From contig NC_043011.1 in NCBI RefSeq assembly GCF_006345805.1, positions 2,480,001 to 2,544,000 on the forward strand: 64,000 bases of DNA. Direction: 5' to 3'. The translations under genes and the position numbers were made by a program. This document shows positions 11,831-25,289 of this stretch, in pieces; within the stretch, counting starts at the first letter, position 1, and each line of letters begins with the position of its first letter. The notes beneath the pieces were generated by a model. The model was given only the letters and a program-made list of their open reading frames with translations, made no database searches and was not told the DNA's origin. This stretch comes from Octopus sinensis. Lineage: Eukaryota.

Positions 11831-13547
11831 GTAACATCTAATACCAAACCTTGAAATATTCTCATAGCATCTTAAATTTACGTCAAAGCTTAAAAGTACC
11901 TGTGTTATCTCCCTTGCACAAATTTGCTGATTGCTTTGATATCCAATCATCTTCCCTGTCATTAATATGCTGTCACTTTCACAAGATTCCACATTGTATC
12001 AATACATTCATTACTCAGCTCATTATTGTGCAGTTGACCAAATGCTCTGTACTTGGTCATCTTTAGTCAAGTTTCCATTAACCTTATGCATCTTGTTGTA
12101 ATATCAGAAATTGTTATATTGGGTTCAAATGTATTATGGAATTATGTTCTTCCTGACACCTGGAGTTCTAATAATTGCAATTCAATAATCAAATTGTTAA
12201 TATTTGATGTTTTATAACTGTTAGAGTTGCATACTTAAAACACCAGGTTCATTTATAGAAAAACTTCTGAAACAATTTAAAAAGTTATTTCAACATTTAA
12301 ACAGAAATAAATATATTAAATATTAATGGTTTAATAATACCAGGCTTTCAAAGAGAACAAATATAAATTGAGAGAGATGAAAATTTAAATGAAGATATAT
12401 TTATTTTCATATTGATATTTAAATCCGTGTAAATATTAATATTCTAGTGACAGTGAAGCAATTAGTTTTATTTATTACTCCATATCTCATTCCAAGCTAA
12501 TTACTTATGCCAATAATAACAGAACTGAACATAATTTTGTCATATATCCAACACCGAAAGATTGATATCAAGCTTGCATCATCTTGTTATCTCAAAAGTA
12601 TTGAATATTTCAATACCATTAAAGTCAACCTCATCATTTTACTGCATCTCAACTATGATTTTGTGCTGATGCACATGGAATGATTTTTGGCTTTGAGAAA
12701 TTTGCTTATGCTGTTGGAATTTTTACTAACATTAGCTATTCAACTATGATTTCCTTTCATTTTCAGAATCACATGAATATAAGAAGTTGTGCTGGTCTGC
12801 TATTGTCATAACATTATGCAAGTCTTCTCGTCCACTCTACATAATCTTTCTTATGGGAACAATTAAATGTATCACTGTAAGCAAACAAATCATTTATCAA
12901 TTCCAGGCTGCTGCTTACAGAAGTGGCTTATACTATCCACAGAATTCACTTGCTGTAGGAAGGAATATGTCTTTGAGAGCTGTCTCGGTCACAACCATAC
13001 TCAGCATGAATGATATGGTATGAATCACGAATCTTATGGCTGATTGTTTCATATCACAGACATTTTCAACTTCTCAACCTCTCAACAACTGTGATAAGGG
13101 AATTGACAGTCGTTTGCTATACAAGTACACTTAGTAAGTAGACATTTGTCATACATAACACGATGTCTACATAAAGTTCCAACTCATTATCCTGCTAGTT
13201 AGCACCTTAATCTCATATCTGCTATACAGCATATGCCTTTACAATGTATGTTGAATTATCCATGGTAGCATATCTCTTTCAACATTATTTTGACTTATGC
13301 TTCCTAATATAGTGTATTATATTTGTATTGTACATTTCTGAATTTAAAAAGCAATTTAGTTCACAAGTTTGCTGTAGATAAATTACAATTTTTGATATTC
13401 TTATCAAAAGGATTGTATCCAACTCAATTAAGTTGCAATGATCCAATGATCCTTTATGCATCTTTCATATAGCCTTATAAACCCCCCCCCCCACCAAAAA
13501 AAAAACAAACAAAAGCTTGGTATGTATTTTTTTAGTGTACTATTTAA

Positions 13548-13768
13548 CCCTTTCAATACCAACCCGGCTGAAACTGGCTCTGGCTCTGAGTACAAAATGT
13601 CTTGCTTTCATAAAATTTGAATTAAAATCTTCCACCAAACCTTAGTCGCAATTTATGTTCCTAACACTAGTTTAATGATAACTAAGTTATTTTACTAAAT
13701 TCTTTCTTATATTTAAAGTAATTGAAAGAAACACAGAGCATCTCAAAATAAATACAGTGATGAAAGGG
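13548..13768. mobile_element. piggyBac-type MITE
   Basis: TTAA|ccctttca ... tgaaaggg|TTAA. Confidence 0.85.
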
Positions 13769-14579
13769 TTAATACTTTGTCATCACAGTGTCAACTCTTA
13801 CCAAGCAGTCACCATCTTTCCTTACATGAGATCATCTAAACACTACTTAATCAAAATAACTTACTAAACATCTTCCTCCTCCAACAAAACCTATTCCATT
13901 TTACTATTCTGCTTCTATAAATTACTTTAATTGGTCTGAGCTTCACCAATGACTGTTCTTAGTCACAAATAAGTCTCATTGCTGGCCTGTCAGAGAGGGG
14001 TTAAATTATATCTTGTTTCCACATCTCCCGCATTCATCATCTAACCAAAGTCCCAGAACTCCTAATTCTCAAAGGATTCAACAACAACTTTGCTGGTGAA
14101 GAATATTACCTGCTACATACAATTGACACTCATTGGTCGATGTTTTCCCAGCATTGCAACAAATGATTGGCGATCAGATCTTGATCAGCAAACTTTTTCA
14201 CCATCTGAAATTCAGCCAAGTCTTCTAATTATTGTCACAATGGTCTGTAGTAACTTTTTCAGACTGCTCATACCCTTCACTCTTTAATCACAATGAATTA
14301 TTAAATGGCTCTCCAGCAGAAATAGGCAACAAACATACTTTAACAAACATAGCTTTAACTCAACACTGCACTCACATAAAAAAAACACTTTTCTACTTCA
14401 CCAATTAACAATAAAAAGAACAAAAACATTTATCAAGCAGTTGTTGTTTATTCACTTACTCCCCTTATCTCCACAATTTGTTTACAATATGTCAATGAAT
14501 GTTTTTTTTTTCCACAGAACTAAGATATACTAAGAAAGAATATTAGTTCTGTGGAAGAAAACATTTTTTTTTCCTTTAT

Positions 14580-14774
14580 TCATTTCCTTGTTCCATTTAT
14601 TAGACTGCGGCCATGCTGGAGCACCACCTTGAATGATTTTAGTCAAACAAATCAACCCCAAGACATATTTCTTTAAAGTCTAGTACTTATTCTATCAGTT
14701 TTTTTTTTTTTGGTGAACCACTAAGTTACAGGATGTAAACATACCAACACCAGTTGTCAAGCGGTGATGAGACA

Positions 14775-14808
<34 letters not shown>

Positions 14809-14973
14809 GATGGGCTTCTTTCAGTTTCTGTTTACCAAATCCACTCACAAGGCTTTGGTTGACCTGAGGCTATAGTAGAAGACAATTACCCAAGGTGCCT
14901 TGCAGTGGGACTGTACCCTGAACTATGTGGTTGGGAAGCATGCTTTTTACCACACAGCCATGCCTGTGCCTAT
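14580..14973 (-). mobile_element. SINE family A (older, diverged copy)
   Basis: gactgcggccatgctggagcacc ... cacacagccatgcctgtgcctata. Confidence 0.85.
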
Positions 14974-15039
14974 ATATTGACATACTGTAAACAAATTACA
15001 GAGAAGAAGGGAGTAGATTAATAAACAGCAAATGCTTCA

Positions 15040-15300
15040 TGAGATGTAATTTGAGAATGGAGCAGAGTGAATGATGTGATCACAGAGTACCAAGAATATA
15101 ACCTCTGCTGGGCTGGACATGTCACAAGGTTCACAGACAATGGGTGTACTTGTGTTGTCACAAAATGATACCAAAGAGATTGGGAAAGGCTACTTAGAAG
15201 GTTTCGATGATGATGGGAAGATGATTTAGTCAAGGATTTTTGGTCAAGATGGAAAAGAATGGCACATTCTAAACAAAATTGGAAGTGCATTGTGACCAGT
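15040..15300 (+). mobile_element. LINE (RTE-like) C-terminal fragment
   Basis: CWAGHVTRFTDN...WEDDLVK...WKRMA resembles the RTE C-terminal WAGH.R..D.RW motif; contains stops. Confidence 0.65.
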
Positions 15301-16266
15301 GAGATATAACAGCATCTGATGATTTGGTTGATACTGTGATAATGTGATGTCTTCTTCCACAGAACTAATATTCTTTCATAGTATATCTTCTATACATCAT
15401 ATTTTATGTATGGTACATAATTTACGAGCTTACAGTTCCCAAATTTATTTTCTTTTGTAAAGTACTTTATGCACTGTTCATTGTTTCTGATTAGATTGCA
15501 GTAATTCACATGTGGGAAACATGCTAAGAAGAGAAAATGCTTCTAGATTATAATATCATGAATAATTTGCTAAGAATGATTTTGATATTAGATATCATGT
15601 TTTTTTGTTTTTGGTTTCCATTTCTCTTTTATGTGTAACTTATTTGTTAAGAGAAAAGAATTTTGTCATAGTTACTGTTCTGTACAAAATGAATAAATAA
15701 ATGAAAGAACAGGGAAAGAAAATACAAAGATAACAAGATAACACTGACGTATAATTTGCCAACAGTGTGTAGAAATAATTAATAACTATAAACATAATCT
15801 ATTTAGAATCTTACACACAAACTGTTTTCTTGCAAATTTATGACAACATCAAACTGCTGTTTAAACGCTAAAACATTGCTGAAACTAAATAAAGTTGATT
15901 TGGCACGAGAATTCCTTGTATCAGAAATAGTTTTCTTGTGTTTTTCTTTCTAATTTCTACACTCATTTACCAGATAATTTTTTGGTTCAGATCAACCATT
16001 ACCATTCCAATTTTCCTCTTCCTACATGCTGCATCAAAATTGAAATTACTTTCATTTATCTCTTTCCTCTCCATTCCCTTGATACTCATTAGCATCCCCC
16101 TCATCCTCATCATCCTCATCAGTTGCAGCATGCGATATTCTTGGCCATTTAAATACATTTTAAAACATTTTTCTTTGTCTCACACACATATTTTTTATTT
16201 ATTTACTTTTTTAATTTTTATCTAGTTTCAGCTCACAAGCTGTGGCCATGCTGGGGCACTGCCATT

Positions 16267-16356
16267 TATACATATAAATGCATATGAATGTGAGCATACA
16301 GTATATATATATATATATATACTGTATGCTCACATTCATATGCATTTATATGTATA
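16267..16356. repeat. Perfect 90-bp palindrome centred on (TA)n
   Basis: tatacatataaatgcatatgaatgtgagcatacag-(TA)10-ctgtatgctcacattcatatgcatttatatgtata; the arms pair without mismatch. Confidence 0.95.
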
Positions 16357-17201
16357 TATATATATATGTATACAAACACACACAGGGTGTATATAAATAT
16401 ATAAATATATACATATAACAGAAAGTTTGTGGAATTCATTTAATTTTCCATCTGAAAAATTTCCTTATTTTTACTGGATTTTGTTATTTTTTCTCATCTA
16501 TTCATTACTCTAGCAAGCTATGTGCTTAAACAATTGTTTCCAGAATACTTTTAGCTGCATTTTAAATTCAGTTTGGTTTCATTCCAAATCTGTGCAAACA
16601 TTTTTTTTTCTGTTTCCATATGAAGCACTTCTGTATTTTTTATATGATTTTTATCATGTTTATATATTTTTAGTTTAAGCCAATGTTTATTTTCTTTGTT
16701 TGTGTTGTTTTATTTTGTCTATAATTGATTTTTTTTTCATCTGCCTCCACCTTCTCCTCTCTCGCTGTTCACTTAAATTTTTCTCATCCTCCTCAAACAT
16801 TAATGTGTTTAATTTAAAATATAGTTTTTAATTTTTGTCTCTTTTCTTTGCTTTTGATTGCTATCTTCTAAATGGACAAAATTGCTATCTTGCAGAGTAC
16901 AGCAAATTCCAAAATTGCTCAAATATCATTATCTCTATTTAATCATAACTATTATTTGCCTTTGTTTAGTTTTCATAGCAAAAAGACACAAAAACAACAA
17001 AGAAAAAAACATTCTCCTCTTCCTCCTCCTCCTCCCTCTATTTTTCTCTTTCTTCAGTCTATTCACATTTTTCATTCATTACCATGCGCCTGTGAATGCA
17101 TGTTTGTTTGTTACTGTCTATTTATCTGTTTATACACAATTTCTCTCTTTTTCTCCACCTTCCTCTTCTCTTTCACATGCACACTCACACATATGTATGT
17201 G

Positions 17202-17256
<55 letters not shown>

Positions 17257-17649
17257 GTAGATAGATAGAACGATTGATAGATATTCACATTCTTGCATAT
17301 AATCATCCATTTCAATTTTGTGCAGCAATTTTCATCATATAGGGAAATTTTGGGTTGCCCTCTGCTTCGTCTTTTTATAAAAGTTATTAAAGTTTCATGA
17401 AATGTTTTCAAAACCAGTTGGCACAAAATATTTTCAACCAGAAGTGCATTCTGATACGAATCAAAATGTGTATGATAAGGTGTAAAATTATAAGGGGCTC
17501 TGTTCCTCTTTTTTTTTTCTGGAACAGCTTGATATATGGGTGAGCAGTTAACATCGTTAGAGAGCATAAAAATTAAAGGTGTATTTGAGAAAAAGTTAGT
17601 TGACATGGAGGATTGGAAGCCATCTGAATATTGGGAGAAGTTACCTGTA

Positions 17650-18062
17650 TACTCTTTACTCTTTACTCTTTTACTTGTTTCAGTCATTTGACTGTGGCCA
17701 TGCTGGAGCACCGCCTTTAGTCAAGCAAATCGACCCCGGGACTTATTCTTTGTAAGCCCAGTACTTATTCTATCGGTCTCTTTTGCTGAACCGCTAAGTG
17801 ACGGGGACGTAAACACACCAGCATCGGTTGTCAAGCAATGCTAGAGGGACAAACACAGACACACAAACATATACACACACATACATATATATATACATAT
17901 ATACGACAGGCTTCTTTCAGTTTCTGTCTACCAAATCCACTCACAAGGCATTGGTCGGCTCGGGGCTATAGCAGAAGACACTTGCCCAAGATGCCATGCA
18001 GTGGGACTGAACCCAGAACCATGTGGTTGGTTAGCAAGCTACTTACCACACAGCCACACCTC
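17650..18062 (-). mobile_element. SINE family A (full length)
   Basis: As above. Confidence 0.9.
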
Positions 18063-18069
18063 CTATCAT

Positions 18070-18520
18070 GAGGATTCGTGCCAAGTATCAAAATGTCGAC
18101 ATCATGACTGCTGCTCAATGCTCTGTGAACATTGTAAAGGAGTTCATCCACACACCAGAATTCATCCAGCATCTTTAGGACAAGGCGATTCGGACAATTA
18201 TGTAGCTGCTGGAGACTGTTGTGAATCCCTGGCTGGAGAGGGTTACTACTAAAAGGCCATATGTGTGGTAGTAAGGTTTGGCTCTTTCCCATACCTCTAG
18301 AAAAAGTCAGAAGTGGTTTTCAGGGAATTTCTACAGCCTCACTGGCTTCGTTTTCTGGCCTTCTAATCCCTCCATTGTAATTTTGTGGGTTACTGTGTGG
18401 GGTGTGGTTGAGAGAGACACCAACTACTCTGCCTGCAACACCAGAACCTGGTGCATTGATCTTGAGGCTATGTTAGAAGCTGAGAGTGGCTACTTTGAGT
18501 TAGAATTCTAAGTTAGGACA
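18070..18520 (+). mobile_element. Tc1/mariner (maT/DD37D-like) transposase fragment
   Basis: LETVVNPWLERVTTKRPYVW..LALSHTSRKSQKWFSGNF...WPSNPS...WGVVERDTN...LEAMLEAESGYFE. Confidence 0.8.
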
Positions 18521-18574
18521 CTGGGAAATAGAAACAGAAAACATTATTATGAGTGCATTAGTTAAAGCAGTGAG

Positions 18575-18720
18575 CAGGCAGAATTGTTAGCACACTGGGC
18601 GAAATGCTTAGCGGTAATTCATGTGCCACTACATTTTGAGTTCAAATTCTGCTGAGGTCAACTTTGCTTTTCATCCTCTTGGGGGCCAATGAATTTGTGC
18701 TTTTAGTAGAAAGGATTATT
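18575..18720 (+). mobile_element. SINE family B fragment
   Basis: gcaggcagaattgttagc...gggcgaaatgcttagc...gagttcaaattctgctgaggtcaactttgc. Confidence 0.75.
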
Positions 18721-18919
18721 ATGTGTGCATTAGATATAGGCCTGAACATGTTGGTAAGTTAGCTTGGCAACTGCTTGGTTTTATTTTGGAATCCACATAA
18801 TTGTAGATTCTACAGCATCATACACAAGTCTGCTATTACATTCTTGGACTGACCAATACATTGTGAGTAAAATTTGGCTGACAGAAACTCCAGAAGCCCA
18901 TCATGCACACACACACACT

Positions 18920-19085
18920 CGTTCTGAGTTCAAATTCTGCCGAGGTTGACTTTGCCTTTCATCCTTTCGGGGTTGATTAAATAAGTACCAGTTACACACT
19001 GGAGTCGATGTAATCGACTTAATCCTTTTGTCTGTCCTTGTTTGTCTCCTCTGTGTTTATCCCCCTGTGGGCAATAAAGAAATAA
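18920..19085 (+). mobile_element. SINE family B (5'-truncated)
   Basis: gttctgagttcaaattctgccgagg...cctttcatcctttcgggg...ccctgtgggcaataaagaaat. Confidence 0.85.
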
Positions 19086-19735
19086 AAATGTCAGGCCACC
19101 TCCAGCACCAGAAGAGAGAAACACAAAGTTGACAGCAGCAGGATTCAAACACAATGTAAAACAAGCACTGCAGAATATTTTGTCTGATGTTGTAACAATT
19201 CTGTCACTGTACCACTCTACTTTGCATATCTATGATACACCCATTCTTATAGTTAATTTAACTGAGCTAGAAAAGTTGGTGGAATATCCACAGACTTAAT
19301 GGTAGGGTTGGAGTAGAAAAGAGCATTACTGAATGCAATTGGACATACTACGGATAACTAGTTTATGTCTTGAATGAAAGATAAACACGATTTCTAATTG
19401 ATTTGAACAAAACATGAAATATGAAGCTAAATATTGTGCAGCATGATTTTGTTGTTAAAATGTTTTCTTCGCAATCAAATGACACCAGGTTCAATTCCAC
19501 TGCATGGTACCTTGAGCAAATGCATTGTACCATTACTTCTGATTGACCAGTGCCATGTGAGTGGAAATTTGGTAGGTGGATACCGTGAAGTATCATACAT
19601 ACAAATGCACACACACACACACACACATAAAGAATATAAGGGTAAAAATCACATTAATGATTTTTATCAAGTAGCCAGTGTGCTATAAAAATTTAATAGC
19701 AGTTAATACATTAAATTAATAATAATGTACATATG

Positions 19736-20005
19736 TATATAATTATAACAAGGGAGACAGGGTGAAAACGACCTGTCTCCAGCATGCTTGAAGTGCTAAT
19801 ACCTTCAAAAAACTACCAAAAACTACCAAGGGAGAAAGCTTACTTTTTGCTTTAATCTAGAATTGGAACCAATTCCCAATTAACGTGAGGTCTTTTTAAT
19901 ATACAGCCATGTGTATATTTAGCTGGAGTTTTTGGTAGTTTTTTGAAGGTATCAGCACTTCAGGTATGCTGGAGACAGGTTGTTTTCACCCTATCTCCTT
20001 TGATA

Positions 20006-20015
<10 letters not shown>
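19736..20015. mobile_element. MITE with ~90-bp TIRs embedded in TA-rich/(TA)n sequence
   Basis: tatataattataacaagggagacagggtgaaaacgacctgtctccagcat... versus ...atgctggagacaggttgttttcaccctatctcctttgatataattatata. Confidence 0.85.
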
Positions 20016-20037
<22 letters not shown>

Positions 20038-20041
<4 letters not shown>

Positions 20042-20347
20042 CGTGATCACCGTGACTGCCCAGGCTATCAGATGTTGCTACACATTGCTAGTCACAATGC
20101 GCTTCGCACTTTTTTAGCCTTCAAATGATGCCACCCTGCTGCCTAAGTGAGCAGGCCAACAGAAGAAAGAGTGAGAGAAAGTTGTGGCAAAAGAGTACAG
20201 CAGGGATCGCCACCATCCCCTGCTGGAGCTTCGTGGAGCTTTAGGTGTTTTCGCTCAATAAACACTCACAACGCCTGGTCCGAGAATTGAAACCACAATC
20301 CTACGACCACGAGTCCGCTGCCCTAACCATTGGGCCATTGCACCTCC
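20038..20347 (-). mobile_element. tRNA-derived SINE family C
   Basis: Minus-strand head gcaatggcccaatggttagggcagcggactcgtggtcgtaggattgtggtttcaattctc; the head is shared with the 53443 copy. Confidence 0.85.
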
Positions 20348-21964
20348 ACATATATATATATATATATATGCATCAATGTGTATGTATGTGTGTATGTGTG
20401 TGTATGTGTACATTTGTATGTGTGCTGGGTGTGTAATAAACATTGTTGAGGAAAAAACAATGCTTTAAGAAACCTTTGAAGTTGTACATTGCACACATAT
20501 TCAGAAATTACTCTGTTATGGTACAGTAAATGCAGTAATCCAGTAACTGTTTCATTAGAAACCAGTATCCAATGGTACTATTTTTCATTATTTGTGACAT
20601 AAAATAAATAAAATAAAATTTTGGCCAATGAGTTTGTCAGGTAACTCAATCACCCTGTTTTGTGGTTTCTCTTGATTCTCAGAGAACCAATTATTCACAG
20701 GGGAAGGAAGTGGCATTAATTTAAATGAACACCAGTACTTAACTACTATATTCCTTGCACTTATTGATGTTGAAGTAATGAAAATTTTATTCAAGCTGAA
20801 TTTAAGCTGATAGCATAAACATATGAGATGAAATAATGAGAGAAATTTATTAGTCTACTATTCCCTACTCTCTTGTCAACTCCACTGCATTCTATTCCTG
20901 ATTATTAGGAATATTGACTCCATAAGTGATTAAATACAAACATTAATGATATAAATAATTATAAAAGCCTTTATACAAGACATTAATCAAATCTGCATCA
21001 TTTTTCCTATCTACAAACAAGACAAACTTAAGCTTGGACATTGAAAGATGTGATTTAACCAGCCTTTATGTCTGGATATTAACAACATTTACATAATGTT
21101 GTCAAAATTGGAATTCAATCTTTATTTCTTGGCTTAGTTTCATATAAATCTATGCAAATGAAATTTATATTAATGCAAATTGAAGAGAAAACTTTCAGCT
21201 GTAAACTATGAGAGCAAAATGAAGAGGAAAACATCAGAAACAAATGGATTAAAAGAGAAGTAAAATGAAAGATAAATTCATTAATATAATTTCAAAAATA
21301 AAAAAAGAAAATGAATAAAAAAAATCTACTCTTACACATCAAAAGAACAAAATAAGGTTTTAATGAAGCAATGTTAATTGCAAATTTATTTAAAACTTTA
21401 TTTTTTCCTCTTTCATTTTTAATGTTTTAGAAAATTTGTCTTTAAAATTACCATATTATGAAAGTTAAAATGGAAAACTGAAGAAAAAGTTATGTTAAAC
21501 AAATTAGTCTCTAGAACTATTGTTTTGGGTTGGTTTTATTCTGGTATAACTATTGTTCTTATCAGGGTGAAATGTCTTTCAGTTAAGTAAGGTAGCTTTA
21601 AAGTGGTGCATAACTGTACTGGGGAATTTTTATCTAGGATTTCATTTATTAATATGTTAATGGTAACAACATCATTGGTAACAAATTTTCAGCGATCCAT
21701 TTCAGTGCATTGCAGCTGGAGCTCAATGCCAAACAAATATTTCAAACACTTTGTAAAGCAGTTTTTTTTTTGGTGGTGGGGGGGGGGGTATTTTTGTTAC
21801 CAATGTTCACATCTGTTGTCAATATTTTCAAGTAAAAAATAAACACATTTACCTAGAAATATATATATTAAAACAGATAATGAAAAAGTAACATATTTGG
21901 CATCATTCTAGAACATTTAATTCATAGTATAAACATAATGCAGAATAGTTATCGAAAATATGTA

Positions 21965-22180
21965 AAGGTAGTGTGCTGGCAAAAATGTTAGAATCCCAGG
22001 CGAAATGCTTAGCAGTATTTCATCTGCCGTTATGTTCTGAGTTCAATTTTGCCTTTCATCCTTTCGGGGTCGATAAATTAAGTACCAGTTATGCACTGAA
22101 GTCGATATAATCGACTTAATCCCTTTGTCTGTCCTTGTTTGTCCCCTCTATGTTTAGCCCCTTGTGGGCAATAAAGAAAT
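21965..22180 (+). mobile_element. SINE family B
   Basis: Head to tail ...ccccttgtgggcaataaagaaat. Confidence 0.85.
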
Positions 22181-22557
22181 GAGAAAATATGTAAAAACTC
22201 TTACAACTGTTTCTAGAATAGTTAAGCATGTGGATCATATGTGATTTGGTAAAGAGTTCCATGTAAGCTAAGTATTTAGGGATCCGAGAAAGAGAAATAA
22301 GGAAATTCAGAAATATAGAATCTCCTTCATTGAAGATATCAGTAGTCACCAGTTCAAGAAACCAAGGAATGTATTTGACTTAGAGGTTAAAGGGATGTAT
22401 ATGCATGTGTGCGTTTGTGTGTGTACATCCCCTATGTCAAACATACCCTCAATGTAGAATATCTTTCATTGAAGATATTCGTAGTCACTACACAGACTAA
22501 TCTCAACCTACTCTCATTCATTTCCTACTCTATCCCTCCTTCATACAATCATATACT

Positions 22558-22922
22558 TGTAGTGACGTTACTCACCGGAAGTTTTCTCATGCGCATGTGC
22601 AGGGACTGCAACCTGAAAGCGTGACCACTGAATCGGTCTTTTCTGGCAGAGCAGCGCTAGCGATTGGACGTGGCTCGACTTCTCTCAACGAACACCGTAT
22701 CCTCTTGGCTCACGCAAGTGAACATTGTAAACAGTCCTGTGGACTCGGCTGCTGGTTTCCCCACAAGAAATACATATGTATATGTTTTACCTGTGAACTG
22801 CAGAATAAACTACTATTGTTGTTATTAAAGACAGCCTGACTTTGATTCTGTTCCTTCAATTTGTATGTGACAAGATCAGATCGGACACCCCTCCAGTGTT
22901 CCTGAACTCTCATCCTGTTACA
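22558..22922 (+). mobile_element. Solo LTR (Gypsy-like), 365 bp
   Basis: TGTA...TACA termini, 4-bp TSD tact (22554-22557 and 22923-22926), internal AATAAA, CpG-rich relative to the flanks. Confidence 0.8.
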
Positions 22923-23131
22923 TACTCATCCCAAGCGTTCCAATTGAAATCTGATTCACTTTCTATTCAAGGATGGAACTAGTAACTTCCATTATCCTTT
23001 GCCAGGGATTTTCCTCAAAACTTTACCAATGGAACGTGAAACTTTTTACCCAATAACATATGGTCTGTATGTTTAGCTATTCAAGAAACAACTGCAGGAG
23101 ATTTTACATATTTTTTATAACTATTCTGCAC

Positions 23132-23665
23132 TATCATCATCATCATCATCGTTTTCCATGCTAGCATGGGTTGGACGGTTCAACTGGGGTCTGGGAAGCC
23201 AGAAGGCTGCACCAGGCCCAGTCTGATCTGGCAATGTTTCTACGACTGGATGCCCTTCCTAACGCCAGCCACTCTGTGAATGTAGTGGGTGCTTTTACAT
23301 GCCACAGGCACAGGTGCTAGACGAGGCTGGCAAACGGCCATGATCAGATGGTGCTTTTTACGTGCCACCGGCATGAGGCCAGTTGGGGCAGCACTGGCAA
23401 TGGTCACATTTGGATGGTTTTCTTACATACCACCGGCACTGGTATCACAGCTGCAATTTCCATTGATGTTGATCGATTTCGATTTTGATTTTGATTTTCA
23501 CTTGCCTCAACAGGTCTTCACAAGTAGAATTTTGTGTCCCAAGAAGGAAAGGTATGCATAAGTGGTCTGGTTACATCCCAGGTAGAGGCCACAGGTTATG
23601 GTCTCACTTGTCCTGCCGGGTCTTCTCACGCACAGCATACTTCCAAAGGTCTCGGTCTCTAGTCA
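23132..23665 (-). mobile_element. RTE-LINE 3' end (last codons plus 3'UTR with repeat array and (GAT)n tail)
   Basis: Minus strand begins with MTRDRDLWKYAVREKTRQ-like codons homologous to the RTE end at ~55770-55830. Confidence 0.8.
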
Positions 23666-24799
23666 TAATATTAACTATGTTTATATTATAAATTAAATGT
23701 TCTAGAATTATGCCAAATATCAGTTTTAATGTATATCTACTCACTCAACTATGAAGTACTTCTAGCTGCCTTTGACAGGCAATTTCAACACTGCATTTAT
23801 CAACTGCAGTTCAAGCTAGAGTTTTGGTGGTAAACCAAACTGAACACTCGTACTACATACCTATTATATTACATCAACTGAAGAAAATAGTTTGTATATA
23901 TGCTAGAAATACACACACACACGTGCACATACACATGCACACACACACATACACATTCACACACACATGACAGACTCTCCCATCAATTTTGACATACTAA
24001 ACCTTTTATGGACAGGAAATCTAGGATAATCCCATAAACTGGCCTTCCCCATTTTTTAATATATATACGTATGCATGTATGTAAGTGATTAGAGAAAAAG
24101 GAGAAAGAAAAGTGGGAGAGAGAAAAAGAGTATGAGAGAAGCATGCATGACATGAGGTAGAGGGAAAGTAATTGTAATACTTTCGCGTGATTAGTTAAAG
24201 GAAAAGAGAGAACCAGAGGAAAAAAAAGGAAAGAGAGAAAGAAGATAAGGCAAAGAGTGAGGCAGAAAGAAAGAGAAAGAAAAAGAGGGAAAGAGAAAAG
24301 ACAGAGAGAGAAGCGTCCATGATATGTGGGAGGGGGTATGTAATATCTATTATGTGGTTAAAATAGTTAGTTGAAGGTAGTGATATAGAGGAGAGTTAGG
24401 AATATAATTTTAGCAGAGGTGTGATGTTCTGATGGTGAGATTAAAGAAAGGCAGAGAGAGAGAGAGAGAGGTGGTGGTGGTGGTGGTGCCATTCACTTTA
24501 GAAAGAAATCAGTTTTCAGTTCACTTGTCATATGCAATAACTATCAATAAATCACAAGGGCAGACATTTAATAAATACATTTGTATTCTCAAGGGCTCAA
24601 AAATTATCTGATGTGGGAGTTAAAGTTATCAACACTGACAAACAAGGGAAAAGAAGAGGGAGAATTTATATGAAGGACATAATCTGCACAGAAGTATTGG
24701 ATTGAAAGGTGTACACAAATTGGAATGTGTATTGGCTCTGAGCCATTGCCTTGGCTTATAAGTTACCAACGATGTGATTCTCAGAATATGCTATGTTAC

Positions 24800-25203
24800 A
24801 TTAAATTTCTACCCCCGTGAAATTGTGACCCCTATATTTTACATATAATTTTTTTTTAGTACGAAATTTTTGTTTTTTGGATATGAAATTGTGACCATGT
24901 AAATTTTAAGATGTAAGTTTTTCTATTTATGGGAAAAGTGGAAAAATAAGAGTGAATATTTATTTTATGAGAGCTGTGTATTAAGTCTATAAAATGGTGC
25001 ATAAAGTATATAAAGTATACATATAAAGTGCATTAGTAACCATTGTATTCCAATTTCCTTCACTTTTCAATGAATAACAGATGAGTGACTATCTTTTGAT
25101 ACAGACAACACAGGCTACACTTTCACGCTTTTTGGATAAAGTTTTCAGGAATAACCCAATAGGTTTATTATGAATTCCGGGAAATAGTCATGGGTCCTGC
25201 TAG
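24800..25203 (+). mobile_element. Helitron-like 3' fragment
   Basis: Ends ccgggaaatagtcatgggtcctgCTAG|t, a degenerate version of the hairpin-plus-CTAG ends at 30274 and 47834; left boundary uncertain. Confidence 0.45.
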
Positions 25204-25289
25204 TATCTATAATTGATCTTTTCAAATTTCAGAGTTAATAATAAATTAGTGATAAATCTGACTGAAGATCTTATTTGCATGAAGGTTAA

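Noticed and set aside
16858-17711. Long ORFs of 126, 130 and 193 aa
   Set aside because: They read through (TA)n/(GA)n tracts and a SINE tail; composition is non-coding and no domain is recognised
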